Part shown: one piece after another, positions 48,725 to 58,197 of the stretch
How the letters are laid out: each line of letters begins with the position of its first letter
How positions within the stretch are numbered: position 1 is the first letter of the stretch
Source of the DNA: an uncultured Desulfarculus sp.
GTDB lineage: Bacteria > Desulfobacterota > Desulfarculia > Desulfarculales > Desulfarculaceae
Assembly: GCA_963665125.2 (NCBI GenBank)
Contig: CAXXUK010000001.1
Span: 1,760,001 to 1,824,000, forward strand
Length of the DNA: 64,000 nucleotides
Reading direction: 5' to 3'
Notes under the pieces: generated by a model
What the model saw: only the letters and a program-made list of their open reading frames with translations
Databases searched by the model: none
Told to the model about the DNA's origin: nothing
Translations under genes and position numbers: made by a program

Positions 48725-50496
48725 CTAGAAATCTGCGCTTGGCAATATTGACCGACGGAGAACCCTTCCACGGGGCATCGCCCGAAGAACGCGCCCTTGG
48801 CGGCTCGGAAACGGCCCTCGTTCAGGCCGCCAGGGCCCTGGCAGACAGGGGCCACCGCGTGGAGGTCTACTGCCGCTGCCCGGCTCCGGGCTGGTACAAG
48901 GGCGTCGTCTACCACGACACCTCCGAATTGGTGCGGGCCGCCCTGGAAAAACGCTGGGACGTGCTGATCGTCAGCCGTTTTTTCAGCGCCTTTGACCTGC
49001 CCCTGCAAGCCGGACTCAAGGTCTTGTGGAATCACGATATCCTGGATATGCCGGAGGAGTTGGCCAAGCGTCTGGGCCAGATCGACATGATGCTCATGCT
49101 CAGCCGGTTCCATTCCAAGGATTACCTGGACAAGCTGCCCCAATGCGCGGCCAAGATTCGCTATACGGTCAACGGACTGGATCTGGATCTGATGGACATG
49201 GCCAGCGCGGGTGCGTCCATAGAACCGGGCAAGCTGACCTATGTCTCGCGGCCGGAACGGGGGCTGAAGCTACTCCTGGGCGAAATCTGGCCTGAGCTAA
49301 AAAAACGCCACCCCCAGCTTCGTCTGGACATCTGCGGGTATGAAGTCAGGGCCGCGGACATAGCTCCTTCCCTGCAACGGCTTTACGGCGAGATACAGCG
49401 GATGATCGCCGACGGCCAGGACGTGCGTTCTTTGGGCCCGCTGCCCAAGGAAAAGTATTACGCCCACCTGGCGTCTTGCGAGTTTCTCCTTTATCCGTGC
49501 GTATTCCCGGAGATTTCCTGTATCGCCGCCCTGGAGGCCCAGGCTCTGGGCACGCCTGTGATCACCAGCGATTCATTCGCTCTGAGCCAAACCGTGCGGG
49601 CCGAGGAGTTCCTGGTTCAGGGCAAACCGGGCTCGCCTGGCTATGTGCGCGACTACATCGACAGGGTCAGTCACTTTATCATCAACCCCCAAGAAGCGGC
49701 CAAGGTGGCGGCCCAGGTCAGGCGTATGGTCCGCGAGGAACATCAATGGAGCAGCATCGCTCGGCGATGGGAGGAGTTGTTTATCGACGCCCTGTCCGAC
49801 CGCTGCCGCGACGCACCCGAAGCAGTGGCGGCAAGCCTGGTCATCAACGGCGACCGCCAGGCCGCGGCCAGCCTGCTGGGCCGGCAACCGGCCCGCTTGA
49901 ACGAGCCTTCGCCGCCGCCCGATCCAAGGGAAGAGGCCCTGCTTCAGACCATGCGTCAAATGATTATGGCCATTGATTTGCCCATTGAACGCATCGGTGT
50001 CGCGGCCCTGGATAACGGCCGCACGGCCAAGGAATTGCAAGCCATCCTCCCGAACCACAGTGTCAGCGCCATGGATCTTGCCCATTGGCGGGACAAAATG
50101 GATCTGGTGGTGATCAGGGACATCCTGGAACGCCAGCCCGAGCCGGCGGAGTTTTTGGCCAAAATCATGCACAGTTGCTCCGGCAACGGCCGCCTGTTGC
50201 TGTGCGTGGCCAGCGGGGCCTGGCCCCTACTCAGCGCGGGCCATGCCGGGCGGCTCCACGACTTGGACGGCGAAGACCTGAGCGAACTGCTGGCCAACCT
50301 TTCCTTTGAGCTGCGCCATGTGCCCCAGGGCCTGGTGCGCCTGGGCGACATGGCCTACAGCGCCGGACGTTGGCTGGCCATGGTCCGGGCGGGCAGGATT
50401 TCCGCGGCCAAGACCGATCCCAACACCAGATACTTCAGGGTGCGCCCCGCCCCTCCGGAGGTTGAACAGGAGATCCGCAGTGCCCGCCTATTGTGA
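48721..50496 (+). CDS. GT4 glycosyltransferase with degenerate methyltransferase-like C-terminal domain
   Basis: LGGSETA, YVSRPERGL, EISCIAALEAQALGTPVI (EX7E). Confidence 0.82.
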   Translation: MTRNLRLAILTDGEPFHGASPEERALGGSETALVQAARALADRGHRVEVYCRCPAPGWYKGVVYHDTSELVRAALEKRWDVLIVSRFFSAFDLPLQAGLKVLWNHDILDMPEELAKRLGQIDMMLMLSRFHSKDYLDKLPQCAAKIRYTVNGLDLDLMDMASAGASIEPGKLTYVSRPERGLKLLLGEIWPELKKRHPQLRLDICGYEVRAADIAPSLQRLYGEIQRMIADGQDVRSLGPLPKEKYYAHLASCEFLLYPCVFPEISCIAALEAQALGTPVITSDSFALSQTVRAEEFLVQGKPGSPGYVRDYIDRVSHFIINPQEAAKVAAQVRRMVREEHQWSSIARRWEELFIDALSDRCRDAPEAVAASLVINGDRQAAASLLGRQPARLNEPSPPPDPREEALLQTMRQMIMAIDLPIERIGVAALDNGRTAKELQAILPNHSVSAMDLAHWRDKMDLVVIRDILERQPEPAEFLAKIMHSCSGNGRLLLCVASGAWPLLSAGHAGRLHDLDGEDLSELLANLSFELRHVPQGLVRLGDMAYSAGRWLAMVRAGRISAAKTDPNTRYFRVRPAPPEVEQEIRSARLL

Positions 50497-52048
50497 TAAT
50501 GCACCCCAGGCGTACACGGCGCCCCGGGAACAGGTGCTGGCCATGCAGATGGCGCGGCTGGGTGATTTTCTGCAAAGCACCAAGCTGTTGGCCGTACTGC
50601 GGGCCAAGCATCCCGGCGCGGAAATCAACGTCATGGTCACTCCGGCCCAGGCTCCTCTGGCCCGGCGTTGCCGGTTCGCCGACAAGGTCGTGCTGGTCAA
50701 ACCCGCTGAGATCAGCGCCATCAGTGGCGTAACGGCCATGGACCGCTCCGAAAAAGAGCGGCTCGTGGACGGGCTCAACGGCAGACTGGCCCCTCTGCGG
50801 CCCGGCCACATCTACAACTTGAACATGAGCACCATCAACACCACCATCGCCGCTGCCTGGTCCGGGGCCGAGATCCACGGTTGGCGCATGAGTGCCGACG
50901 GCCAAGGCCTGTACGGGCCCCAGTGGTTCGGGTTCATGATGAGCATGGTGGCCGACCGCCGGCTGACCAGGACCCATCTGACCGACCTTCTGGCCTGCAT
51001 AGCCGACGCCCCGCCCATCGAGTTCAACAGGCTGCAATACCAAAACGGACCGCGCGCTGCGGCCAGGGCGGCGGCGCTGATCACTGAAGGCCTCGGCACG
51101 CTGGTGGGCCTGCAACTGGGCACCAACTGCGACCTAAGGCGCTGGCCCGTCGCCTCTTTCGCCAGCCTGGCCCAGGGGCTTGTCCGGGCAGGGTACACCC
51201 CCGTTTTAGTGGGGGCCCCTTCGGAGCAGCACCTTGGCTTGCGCCTGCTGGAGGCCATGAACACAGATTCCGGTAAGGTGCTCAATTTGATGGGCAAGAC
51301 CGACCTGCCGGCCCTGGCCTCCGTTCTGGGCCGCTGCGGGCTGGTGGTGTCCGGGGATACGGGCACCCTGCATCTGGCCACGGCGGTGGGCGCCAAGACC
51401 CTGTCGTTGTTCATGGGCCCGGCCCAGGTCCACGAAACCGGGCCCTACGGAGAAGGGCATCTGATCATCCAGGCCAGGGATAAATGCGGTCCTTGCCAGG
51501 AGCAGACGGCCCAGTGCCAAGGCCGGGCGCCATGCCGCGGGCTGATCAGGCCGGAAGCGGCCCTTAAGGCGGCCCTGGCCCTGTTGCAGGGGGCCGGAGC
51601 GCGGCAGGCAGCCGCGGAATTGGCATTGCCACCGGGAGTGTTGCTCCTGGAGGGCAAGATCGACGCCTACGGCCAAAGATACAAGGTGCTCACCCCCCAG
51701 CCGCTGAGCACCACCGAGGCCGCAGCCCTGGCCTTGCGCGAGGCCGGGCGGGTGCTGACCCAAAACGGTTATGAATACGACGACGCCGGGCTGGCCGATG
51801 AACTGGCCGATGAGCATCTGCCGGCCGATGAGGCAACGAAGACGCAAGTGGGGCATTTGGCCCGGCAGGCCGCCGCTATGGCCCGGGCCGCCGAGGACAA
51901 TGACCCAGCCGCCGCGGCTAAGGCGGCCGGGCTCGCGCCGGAGTTGCGGCCCCTGGCCCTGACCAATAAATACAATCCGGCCAGGCTGGCCAAGGCCTGC
52001 CGCACCGCCGTATCGGTGTTGCATGCGGCGGCCGGTTGCGGACCCTGA
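50480..52048 (+). CDS. GT9 (heptosyltransferase-like) glycosyltransferase with C-terminal extension
   Basis: RLGDFLQS, RRWP, GKTDL, VSGDTGTLHLATAVG, CGPC; probable GTG start at 50480 after AGGAG. Confidence 0.88.
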   Translation: MPAYCDNAPQAYTAPREQVLAMQMARLGDFLQSTKLLAVLRAKHPGAEINVMVTPAQAPLARRCRFADKVVLVKPAEISAISGVTAMDRSEKERLVDGLNGRLAPLRPGHIYNLNMSTINTTIAAAWSGAEIHGWRMSADGQGLYGPQWFGFMMSMVADRRLTRTHLTDLLACIADAPPIEFNRLQYQNGPRAAARAAALITEGLGTLVGLQLGTNCDLRRWPVASFASLAQGLVRAGYTPVLVGAPSEQHLGLRLLEAMNTDSGKVLNLMGKTDLPALASVLGRCGLVVSGDTGTLHLATAVGAKTLSLFMGPAQVHETGPYGEGHLIIQARDKCGPCQEQTAQCQGRAPCRGLIRPEAALKAALALLQGAGARQAAAELALPPGVLLLEGKIDAYGQRYKVLTPQPLSTTEAAALALREAGRVLTQNGYEYDDAGLADELADEHLPADEATKTQVGHLARQAAAMARAAEDNDPAAAAKAAGLAPELRPLALTNKYNPARLAKACRTAVSVLHAAAGCGP

Positions 52049-52165
52049 AAACATTAGCAAGGATTGGGCGTTATGGTTTATCATGCGCCAGAGAGTACCT
52101 TGGCGCAGATTACCGGTGATGCACCAGTTACCGGCAACGCCGTGACGCAAAAAAGGGAGGGGCAC

Positions 52166-52780
52166 ATGGAAGTGTTGGTGGACGGCAAGGCCCTGAGTGG
52201 CGAGTTCATTGGTGAAAATCTGTTGGAACTGCTCCAGGTGATCAGTGACACCTACTTGGGTGACGACCTGGCCATCCGGGAATTGTTGATAAACGGCGAC
52301 CCGTATGAAGAGAACGTGCACGGCGCACCGGAAAACGTCACACTTGGAGGCATCCGGCGCCTTGAGATAGAGACCATCAGCTCCAGGGAATTGGCCCTGG
52401 GCTTTTTGGAAAGCTATCAGCCGGTCCTGGACACCCTGGCCCAGGCCACGGAAAAAGTGGCCGAGCTGTTTCGCGTTGGCGACGAGCAGCAAGCCAATGA
52501 AGAATACCTGCAATTTCTGGAAGCCTTGGAGTTGTTGCTGGAAAGCATGCAGCGGGTCAGCAACGCCCTTAATCTGGACATGGCCAACGTGACCCATCAA
52601 GACGTAAGCGCCAGGGACCGACTGGACCGACTGTCCGAACTGACCGGCGAGATGCTGGCGGCCCAGGAAGAAGACGACTGGATTCTCCTGGCCGACCTTC
52701 TGCAATATGACCTCAAACCCGAATTCGAGGCGTGGTCGCAGTTGATGGATCAAATGCGCAGAATGACCATGGCCAGTTGA
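52166..52780 (+). CDS. Conserved acidic hypothetical protein
   Basis: RBS GGAGG; C-terminal DWILLADLLQYDLKP helix of a type I recall from flagellar glycosylation loci. Confidence 0.7.
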   Translation: MEVLVDGKALSGEFIGENLLELLQVISDTYLGDDLAIRELLINGDPYEENVHGAPENVTLGGIRRLEIETISSRELALGFLESYQPVLDTLAQATEKVAELFRVGDEQQANEEYLQFLEALELLLESMQRVSNALNLDMANVTHQDVSARDRLDRLSELTGEMLAAQEEDDWILLADLLQYDLKPEFEAWSQLMDQMRRMTMAS

Positions 52781-52797
52781 TTCGGCCTTTTTGGTCA

Positions 52798-54384
52798 ATG
52801 AGCGATTTTCTAAAAACCAACTTGGCCGTCCTGCAGGAGGGCCAGCCTGATTTGGCCGGGCGTTTGGCCCAAACCGGCACCTCGCCACAAGCCCTGGTGC
52901 GCCCCAGCCGTAGCGGCGAACCCAGCCTACGCCTCGGCAAGGCCTGGCTGACCTCCACGGTGGACCCCGCCACGGAAGGCCGGAATATGGCCGCCGACGC
53001 ACCGGATGGCCCACTGCTGGTCCTGGGATTCGGCCTGGGCTACCACCTGGAGCCCCTGACAAACAAAGACATCCTGGTCTGGGAGCCCGACCCCCAGGTG
53101 CTGATGGCGGCTTTGGCGGCAAGGGATTTGAGCGGCCTGCTGAACAGGATGCGGATAATTGTCGATCCGCCCCGACCGGAAGACTTGGCTGGCAGGCAAA
53201 CCCTGCTGCACAAGGCCACGGCCAGGCTGCATCCCGGAGCCGAGGCCTATTTGCGGCGCATTGCCTCGGGCGCGCAGGCCTTGGAGCGGCCGGGCAGCCC
53301 CAGAGTGCTGGTCGTTCCGCCGATCATGGGAGGCTCCCTGCCGATAGCCTATTGGTGCGCCGAAGCGTTCAAGGAGCTGGGCTGCAAGGTCTCTTTTGTG
53401 CCCATGCAAGCCATCAGGCCTCTGTATGAAGTACTGTCGGACAGCAATGCCGAGCCGGCCAGGCTGGCCAGGCTGCAAGGCCCCTTGGTTCAGTATCTGG
53501 GAGAAACGGCCATCCTGGCGGCCGAGGAATTCCAGGCTGATTTGTGTTTTGTGATGGCCCAGGCCCCGCTGGTGCCCCAGGCCTTGAAGGGCCTGCACGC
53601 GGCCGGTGTGCCCACTGCCTTCTGGTTTGTCGAAAACTACCGCCTGTTCAACTACTTCAAGGACGTAGCGCCCTTTTACGACTTTTTCTTTCATATCCAG
53701 GGTCGGCAAATGCAGGATCAACTCGCAACCTTGGGCGTTGAAGGCCATTTCCTGCCCGTGGCGGCCCATCCGCCGCGCCACAAACAGGTTGATCTGACCG
53801 CCGATGACCGTATTAACTTCGGAGCGGCCGTGGGCTTCATGGGTTCCGGCGCCTACCCCAACCGGCGGGCCATATTCAGCCGCCTGTTGGACGGCGGCCT
53901 GGATCTGCGCATCTGGGGTACGGAATGGCCTCAAAACGGGACCTTGGGCCGAGCGGTGCAGCTTGGCGGCAGGCGTCTCAATGAGGAAGAGGTGGTGAAG
54001 GTCTACAACGCCTGCGATGTGGTTATAAACCTGCACTCGGCTCTGCGGCCCGAAGACCCGGTGGGCCTCAGCGACTTCGCCAACCCGCGCTCTTTCGAGA
54101 TTCCCGCTTGCGGCGGTTTCCAACTCGTCGATCAGGTGCTTGGCCTGGAGGACTTATTTGAGCCGGGCAAAGAGATCGTCGTTTTCGAAAACGAACATGA
54201 TCTTCAGGAAAAGGCCGCCTATTATATTGGAAATAAAGAACAAAGATTTACCATAGCCCAGGCCGGCCGCAAACGTGTTCTGGCGGAGCACACCTATGCC
54301 CTGCGCATGAAAAAACTGCTGGACGTTTGCCTCGGGCCCGGATCAAGCGGCCCGGACGCGTCGGCGCATGGAACGAGAATGTAA
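52798..54384 (+). CDS. Maf-like N-terminal domain fused to a CgeB-like glycosyltransferase
   Basis: SRSGEPSL...STVDP..EG, VLGFGLGYHL; then WFVEN, YPNRR, INLH, NPRSFEIPACGGFQL, EHTY. Confidence 0.82.
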   Translation: MSDFLKTNLAVLQEGQPDLAGRLAQTGTSPQALVRPSRSGEPSLRLGKAWLTSTVDPATEGRNMAADAPDGPLLVLGFGLGYHLEPLTNKDILVWEPDPQVLMAALAARDLSGLLNRMRIIVDPPRPEDLAGRQTLLHKATARLHPGAEAYLRRIASGAQALERPGSPRVLVVPPIMGGSLPIAYWCAEAFKELGCKVSFVPMQAIRPLYEVLSDSNAEPARLARLQGPLVQYLGETAILAAEEFQADLCFVMAQAPLVPQALKGLHAAGVPTAFWFVENYRLFNYFKDVAPFYDFFFHIQGRQMQDQLATLGVEGHFLPVAAHPPRHKQVDLTADDRINFGAAVGFMGSGAYPNRRAIFSRLLDGGLDLRIWGTEWPQNGTLGRAVQLGGRRLNEEEVVKVYNACDVVINLHSALRPEDPVGLSDFANPRSFEIPACGGFQLVDQVLGLEDLFEPGKEIVVFENEHDLQEKAAYYIGNKEQRFTIAQAGRKRVLAEHTYALRMKKLLDVCLGPGSSGPDASAHGTRM

Positions 54385-54849
54385 ATGGGTGACAACATAC
54401 AACAGCAATCGGTCAAGATAGCCGGTTTACTGAAAAACCTGCACGAACTCCATGTCCAGTTGGAAAGCCATGCCCGTATCGGGCTGACCCTGTTCCAGCG
54501 GGAAGAGTTGGAGGCCTTTGACGACAGCTGGAAAAAGCGGGAAGCTCTTTTCAGCAAGATCACTGCCCTGGCCCATAAGCTTCAACCCGCTTTTAGCGAT
54601 TGGGAGCGTATCGTCGCGGCAATGACTCCGGCGGCGGCCGACCAGTGCAACGAGTACCTGGACGACATTCGCCGGCTGGCCAACAGCACCCATGAATACG
54701 ACGAAAAGCTGCGCCCCCTGCTGCAAAACGCAAAACAGGACCAGCGGGGTACAATACAAAAAATCGACAACGGGAAAAAACTGATCAGGGCATATGGCGG
54801 AGGCCAATTCAGACGAAAGCCTCCGGCGGGTATATCCAGAAACGGCTGA
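54385..54849 (+). CDS. Helical protein, FliT/FlgN-like
   Basis: All-helical, KREALFSKI, C-terminal KKLIRAYG; close to fliS/fliD. Confidence 0.55.
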   Translation: MGDNIQQQSVKIAGLLKNLHELHVQLESHARIGLTLFQREELEAFDDSWKKREALFSKITALAHKLQPAFSDWERIVAAMTPAAADQCNEYLDDIRRLANSTHEYDEKLRPLLQNAKQDQRGTIQKIDNGKKLIRAYGGGQFRRKPPAGISRNG

Positions 54850-54953
54850 CGAACAGCCCGTCTTCAAACCCCTGCGGCGCCCATTAGCACCAAAGGCCTC
54901 TCATGGAGGGGCCCGAAGGCCCCCCGGATCAGCTATGGACTGCCACCTATTCC

Positions 54954-55400
54954 CTATACCTGGGCTGATGCTCTGGTCTGGGCCTTTTCGGTCACCTTGG
55001 CGCCCTTTTGCTGCAACACCTCCTGGGATTCGGGAGCGGCAATGGCCTCCCGCCAGGCTTCGTTGAGCGTTGTCAGCATCCGGATCACGTCCGTCAGCGG
55101 TTCGCCGTCGCCCTTGACCTTCGCCTTTATAAGCTGGTCGCCCATGAACAGGTACAACCGGCGTAGGTTGGTGGCTATCTCGCCGCCCTGCTCCATGTTC
55201 AACGAAGCGTTGAGTTCGTCAAAGATGTCCTGGGCCCGGTTGATCAGGTTTGATGCGCCGGCAACGTCTTTGTCGACCAGGCAGGCCTTGGCTTTGGTCA
55301 GGTAGCTGATGGCGCCTTCATAAAGCAAAACGATCAACCGCCCGCGATCCACCGTGGCGACCTGAGTCCGCTTGTACTGTTGCTGTCCGTAGCTCATCAT
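54954..55400 (-). CDS. fliS: Flagellin chaperone FliS
   Basis: LIVLLYEGAI...ELNASLNMEQGGEIATNLRRLY...AW. Confidence 0.95.
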   Translation of the reverse strand: MMSYGQQQYKRTQVATVDRGRLIVLLYEGAISYLTKAKACLVDKDVAGASNLINRAQDIFDELNASLNMEQGGEIATNLRRLYLFMGDQLIKAKVKGDGEPLTDVIRMLTTLNEAWREAIAAPESQEVLQQKGAKVTEKAQTRASAQV

Positions 55401-55463
55401 ACTTTCACCTCATCCTTGATGTATTTTCCGGCCGGCAATCCCTTGCCCGCCGTTTACTGCTTA

Positions 55464-57878
55464 TTAATCGCTGTTGCTGGGCAACTGGGCAATCTGGCTT
55501 TCGATGGCGTCCGACTGGTTGTTCAGGGTGTTGAGCGTCGCCTCCAGCCTGGCGAATTTCTCCAGTTGGCGTTGCCGGTACAGATCGATTCGCGTTTCCT
55601 CGAATTCGATTTTTTGGTCGATGTTGTCGATAATGTCGTTGTAGTTGTTGATCAGGACGTTACAGACACCGGTCTCGGAGTCCGTCTGCTTGTCCATGAG
55701 GTCATACATGCGGTTGGCAATGCCTTCGCTGCCCTTGATATCATTGCTGACAAACAGGTTGACGACAGCGTCGGGATTCTTGGTCAATGCCTCGAAAAGG
55801 GCCGTGGAATTGATGACCCAGCGACCGTTGTCGTCCGGATCGGACTCTATGCCGATCTGAGAAAGCAGGGTGTAGACATCGCTGCCGTCCACAAGGCCGG
55901 GAATGGAGGAGTTGAGCAGCGAATCGATCTGGGCCTTGGTGATCTGGAAACCGTAGTTGCCGATCAGGATGCCCTTTTCATCCTCGTCAGCTGAATATTG
56001 GGTATTTTCCCGAATAAAATCTTGTACATAGTTAACGGCATTTACGAATGCGTCGATCTTGGAGGCCACCGAATCGATATTGACGCTGATGGTTATTTTC
56101 GTGCTGCCGCCGTCGCGCAAATCCAACGATACGCCCGTGATGACATCGCTGACGGTGTTGCTGCTGCGCTGCAAATACTCGTCGCCGCTGGGGTAGCCGT
56201 CCACCTGGATCATCGAGTTGGTGGCCAACTGGGTGACGGTGAAGCCGCCACCGATGTTCCCGCCGTTGCTGAAGGTGGAGCCGGTGAAATCATGGCTGAC
56301 GGTCGTAATCTGGTATTCAGCGCCTGTCTTGGTGCCTGTGAGCACCAGCTTATAGCTGTCGGGCAGGCCCTGGCCGTCGTTGAGGATGCTGGCCTCAACG
56401 CCCGGGTTGCTGTCGTCGTTGTTGATCAAATCAACCAGGTCGGACAAGACCGTGTCGGCCGGTATATTGACATTGATCGTCTGGCCGCCATAGGTGTAGC
56501 TGAAGGTCGAATCGGCCGTGGTCACCGGCGTTACTGTGGTGTCGGCAAATCCTTCATGAACCAGCTTGGTGCCCTGGGCCAGGCCGTCGTCCTGGCCCTG
56601 CTGCTTGGTCGGGGCAAAGACGTTCACCTGGAAGTCATCGCCGTTGACCAGCGTACCGGCGGCCAACTTGATCTTGAAACCGTCTTCGACCTCGTAACTT
56701 AGGTCCGAGTCGTCGATGCTGACCGTGCCGTTGTTGCCCAGGGAGTCGGTCCAGCGCAGCACCACTGTGTCGGCTCCGCCACCGCCCTGGATCGTGCCGG
56801 CCGTGGTGACCTCGAAGGAATATGTCTTGTTGATGGTGCCTTGGTAGTTGCCTTCGGTGCTTACGGCGGGACCTGTCCATGTGCCCAATTCCGGGTCGTC
56901 AATATCATTGGCAAAGGCTCGGACCGTGAAGGCATCGGCGTCATTGACCGTGCCGCTGCCCAACTGAATGAAAATGCCGTTTTCGACTTCGATGCTGTCG
57001 CCCGGCTGGTAATCGGCAGGCACGGTTATGGTGCCGCTGCCGCCGCCGGCGCTGGCCGTCCAGTTCAGGTCAAAGCTGTCGGTGCCAATGGTCGAAGGGT
57101 TGCCGCTGTTTGCAACGGTGAAGCTATACGAGTAGACGCTGGCAGTGGCCTTGTCGCCGGTAAACTGCCCCACCACCGCAACCGTCGATGCGCCCCAGGA
57201 AGACGTATCGCTGATGGCCATGTCGCCGTCATCAAATGAAATATCGGTAGGGTTGGAGCTGACGCTTATTCGCCCGTCATTGCCTCCGGTGCCGCTGGTG
57301 AGCACCAGGTGGTATGGATTGCTGGTGGTGCCGTCATCCTCAACGGTGGCGACGATATTTACGCCGGTAACCGCATTGATTTTGGCGGCTATACCATCTA
57401 GGGTGTCGGTGTTCAATATTGCGATGTTATAGGTGGACCCGTTGGACTCAAGGGTAAGGGTCCCCCCGGCTCCTCCGTAGGCGGTGGTGTTGGAGTCCGC
57501 TTTGCCGGCCGTGCTGATGATGTGTTTGACATCCTCGCCGACGATGAGGTTGTACGCGCCGGTGCTGGCATTGGAACTGGCAACTCCGGTGGCCACGGTC
57601 TGGTCGCTGCTGGAAGCCGCCCGCACCATGAATTCCGATTCGGTGTCCATGGCGCCTGCGGCTTCCTCAAGGGCCAGCATTCGTTGGTTCAGGGCCTCGA
57701 TGGCCTCGACTTTGGCTTCCCACGTCTCCTTCCACGACTCCAACTGGTACATGTAGATGGATTCGACTTCGACCAGCTGATCGACGACCGCGCCAAAGTC
57801 CGTACCAGAGCCAAGACCGGTATAGGTTATGGACCCGGAAACAAGAGACGAACTCAACGAGGAAGCATCTGTAGCCAT
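55464..57878 (-). CDS. fliD: Filament cap protein FliD (804 aa, enlarged)
   Basis: GLGSGTDFGAVVDQLVEVE, SNTVSDVITGVSL, LSQIGI, KFARLE. Confidence 0.93.
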   Translation of the reverse strand: MATDASSLSSSLVSGSITYTGLGSGTDFGAVVDQLVEVESIYMYQLESWKETWEAKVEAIEALNQRMLALEEAAGAMDTESEFMVRAASSSDQTVATGVASSNASTGAYNLIVGEDVKHIISTAGKADSNTTAYGGAGGTLTLESNGSTYNIAILNTDTLDGIAAKINAVTGVNIVATVEDDGTTSNPYHLVLTSGTGGNDGRISVSSNPTDISFDDGDMAISDTSSWGASTVAVVGQFTGDKATASVYSYSFTVANSGNPSTIGTDSFDLNWTASAGGGSGTITVPADYQPGDSIEVENGIFIQLGSGTVNDADAFTVRAFANDIDDPELGTWTGPAVSTEGNYQGTINKTYSFEVTTAGTIQGGGGADTVVLRWTDSLGNNGTVSIDDSDLSYEVEDGFKIKLAAGTLVNGDDFQVNVFAPTKQQGQDDGLAQGTKLVHEGFADTTVTPVTTADSTFSYTYGGQTINVNIPADTVLSDLVDLINNDDSNPGVEASILNDGQGLPDSYKLVLTGTKTGAEYQITTVSHDFTGSTFSNGGNIGGGFTVTQLATNSMIQVDGYPSGDEYLQRSSNTVSDVITGVSLDLRDGGSTKITISVNIDSVASKIDAFVNAVNYVQDFIRENTQYSADEDEKGILIGNYGFQITKAQIDSLLNSSIPGLVDGSDVYTLLSQIGIESDPDDNGRWVINSTALFEALTKNPDAVVNLFVSNDIKGSEGIANRMYDLMDKQTDSETGVCNVLINNYNDIIDNIDQKIEFEETRIDLYRQRQLEKFARLEATLNTLNNQSDAIESQIAQLPSNSD

Positions 57879-57944
57879 TTAATACGCCCCGAGGTTGCAA
57901 TAAATTGACAACGCGCACAGAACACGCGGGTTCACCCAAGTATT

Positions 57945-57960
57945 AGCAACATACGTGCCA
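57945..57960 (-). promoter_or_regulatory. sigma54 promoter for fliD-fliS
   Basis: Minus strand TGGCACGTATGTTGCT. Confidence 0.85.
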
Positions 57961-58197
57961 TTGTTCCGCCCCGAGAGCACCAGCAGCAACATATTGATTT
58001 CTTTCGTTTAATCAATAAGCAATCACTTACAAATCAGGCTATTGCCTATTGCCGGGGCAAGTTCTTCCCAGCGATGAGCGGCCGCCTATATTGTTAATCG
58101 GCATGTATTGCCGGGGACTTGAGTGTTGTGCGGCAATAAATGGACGCGGCCGGAGTTGATGACTCCGGCCGCGGGAAAAGGCTTGGCGTTGAAAGGA

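Noticed and set aside
51206..53122. 638-aa minus-strand ORF across the GT9 to CgeB genes
   Set aside because: Antisense to three well-supported genes, with low-complexity content; shadow ORF.
54908..54923. GGGGCC-cgaa-GGCCCC hairpin between convergent genes
   Set aside because: Only a 6-bp stem with no U-tract; too weak to call a terminator.
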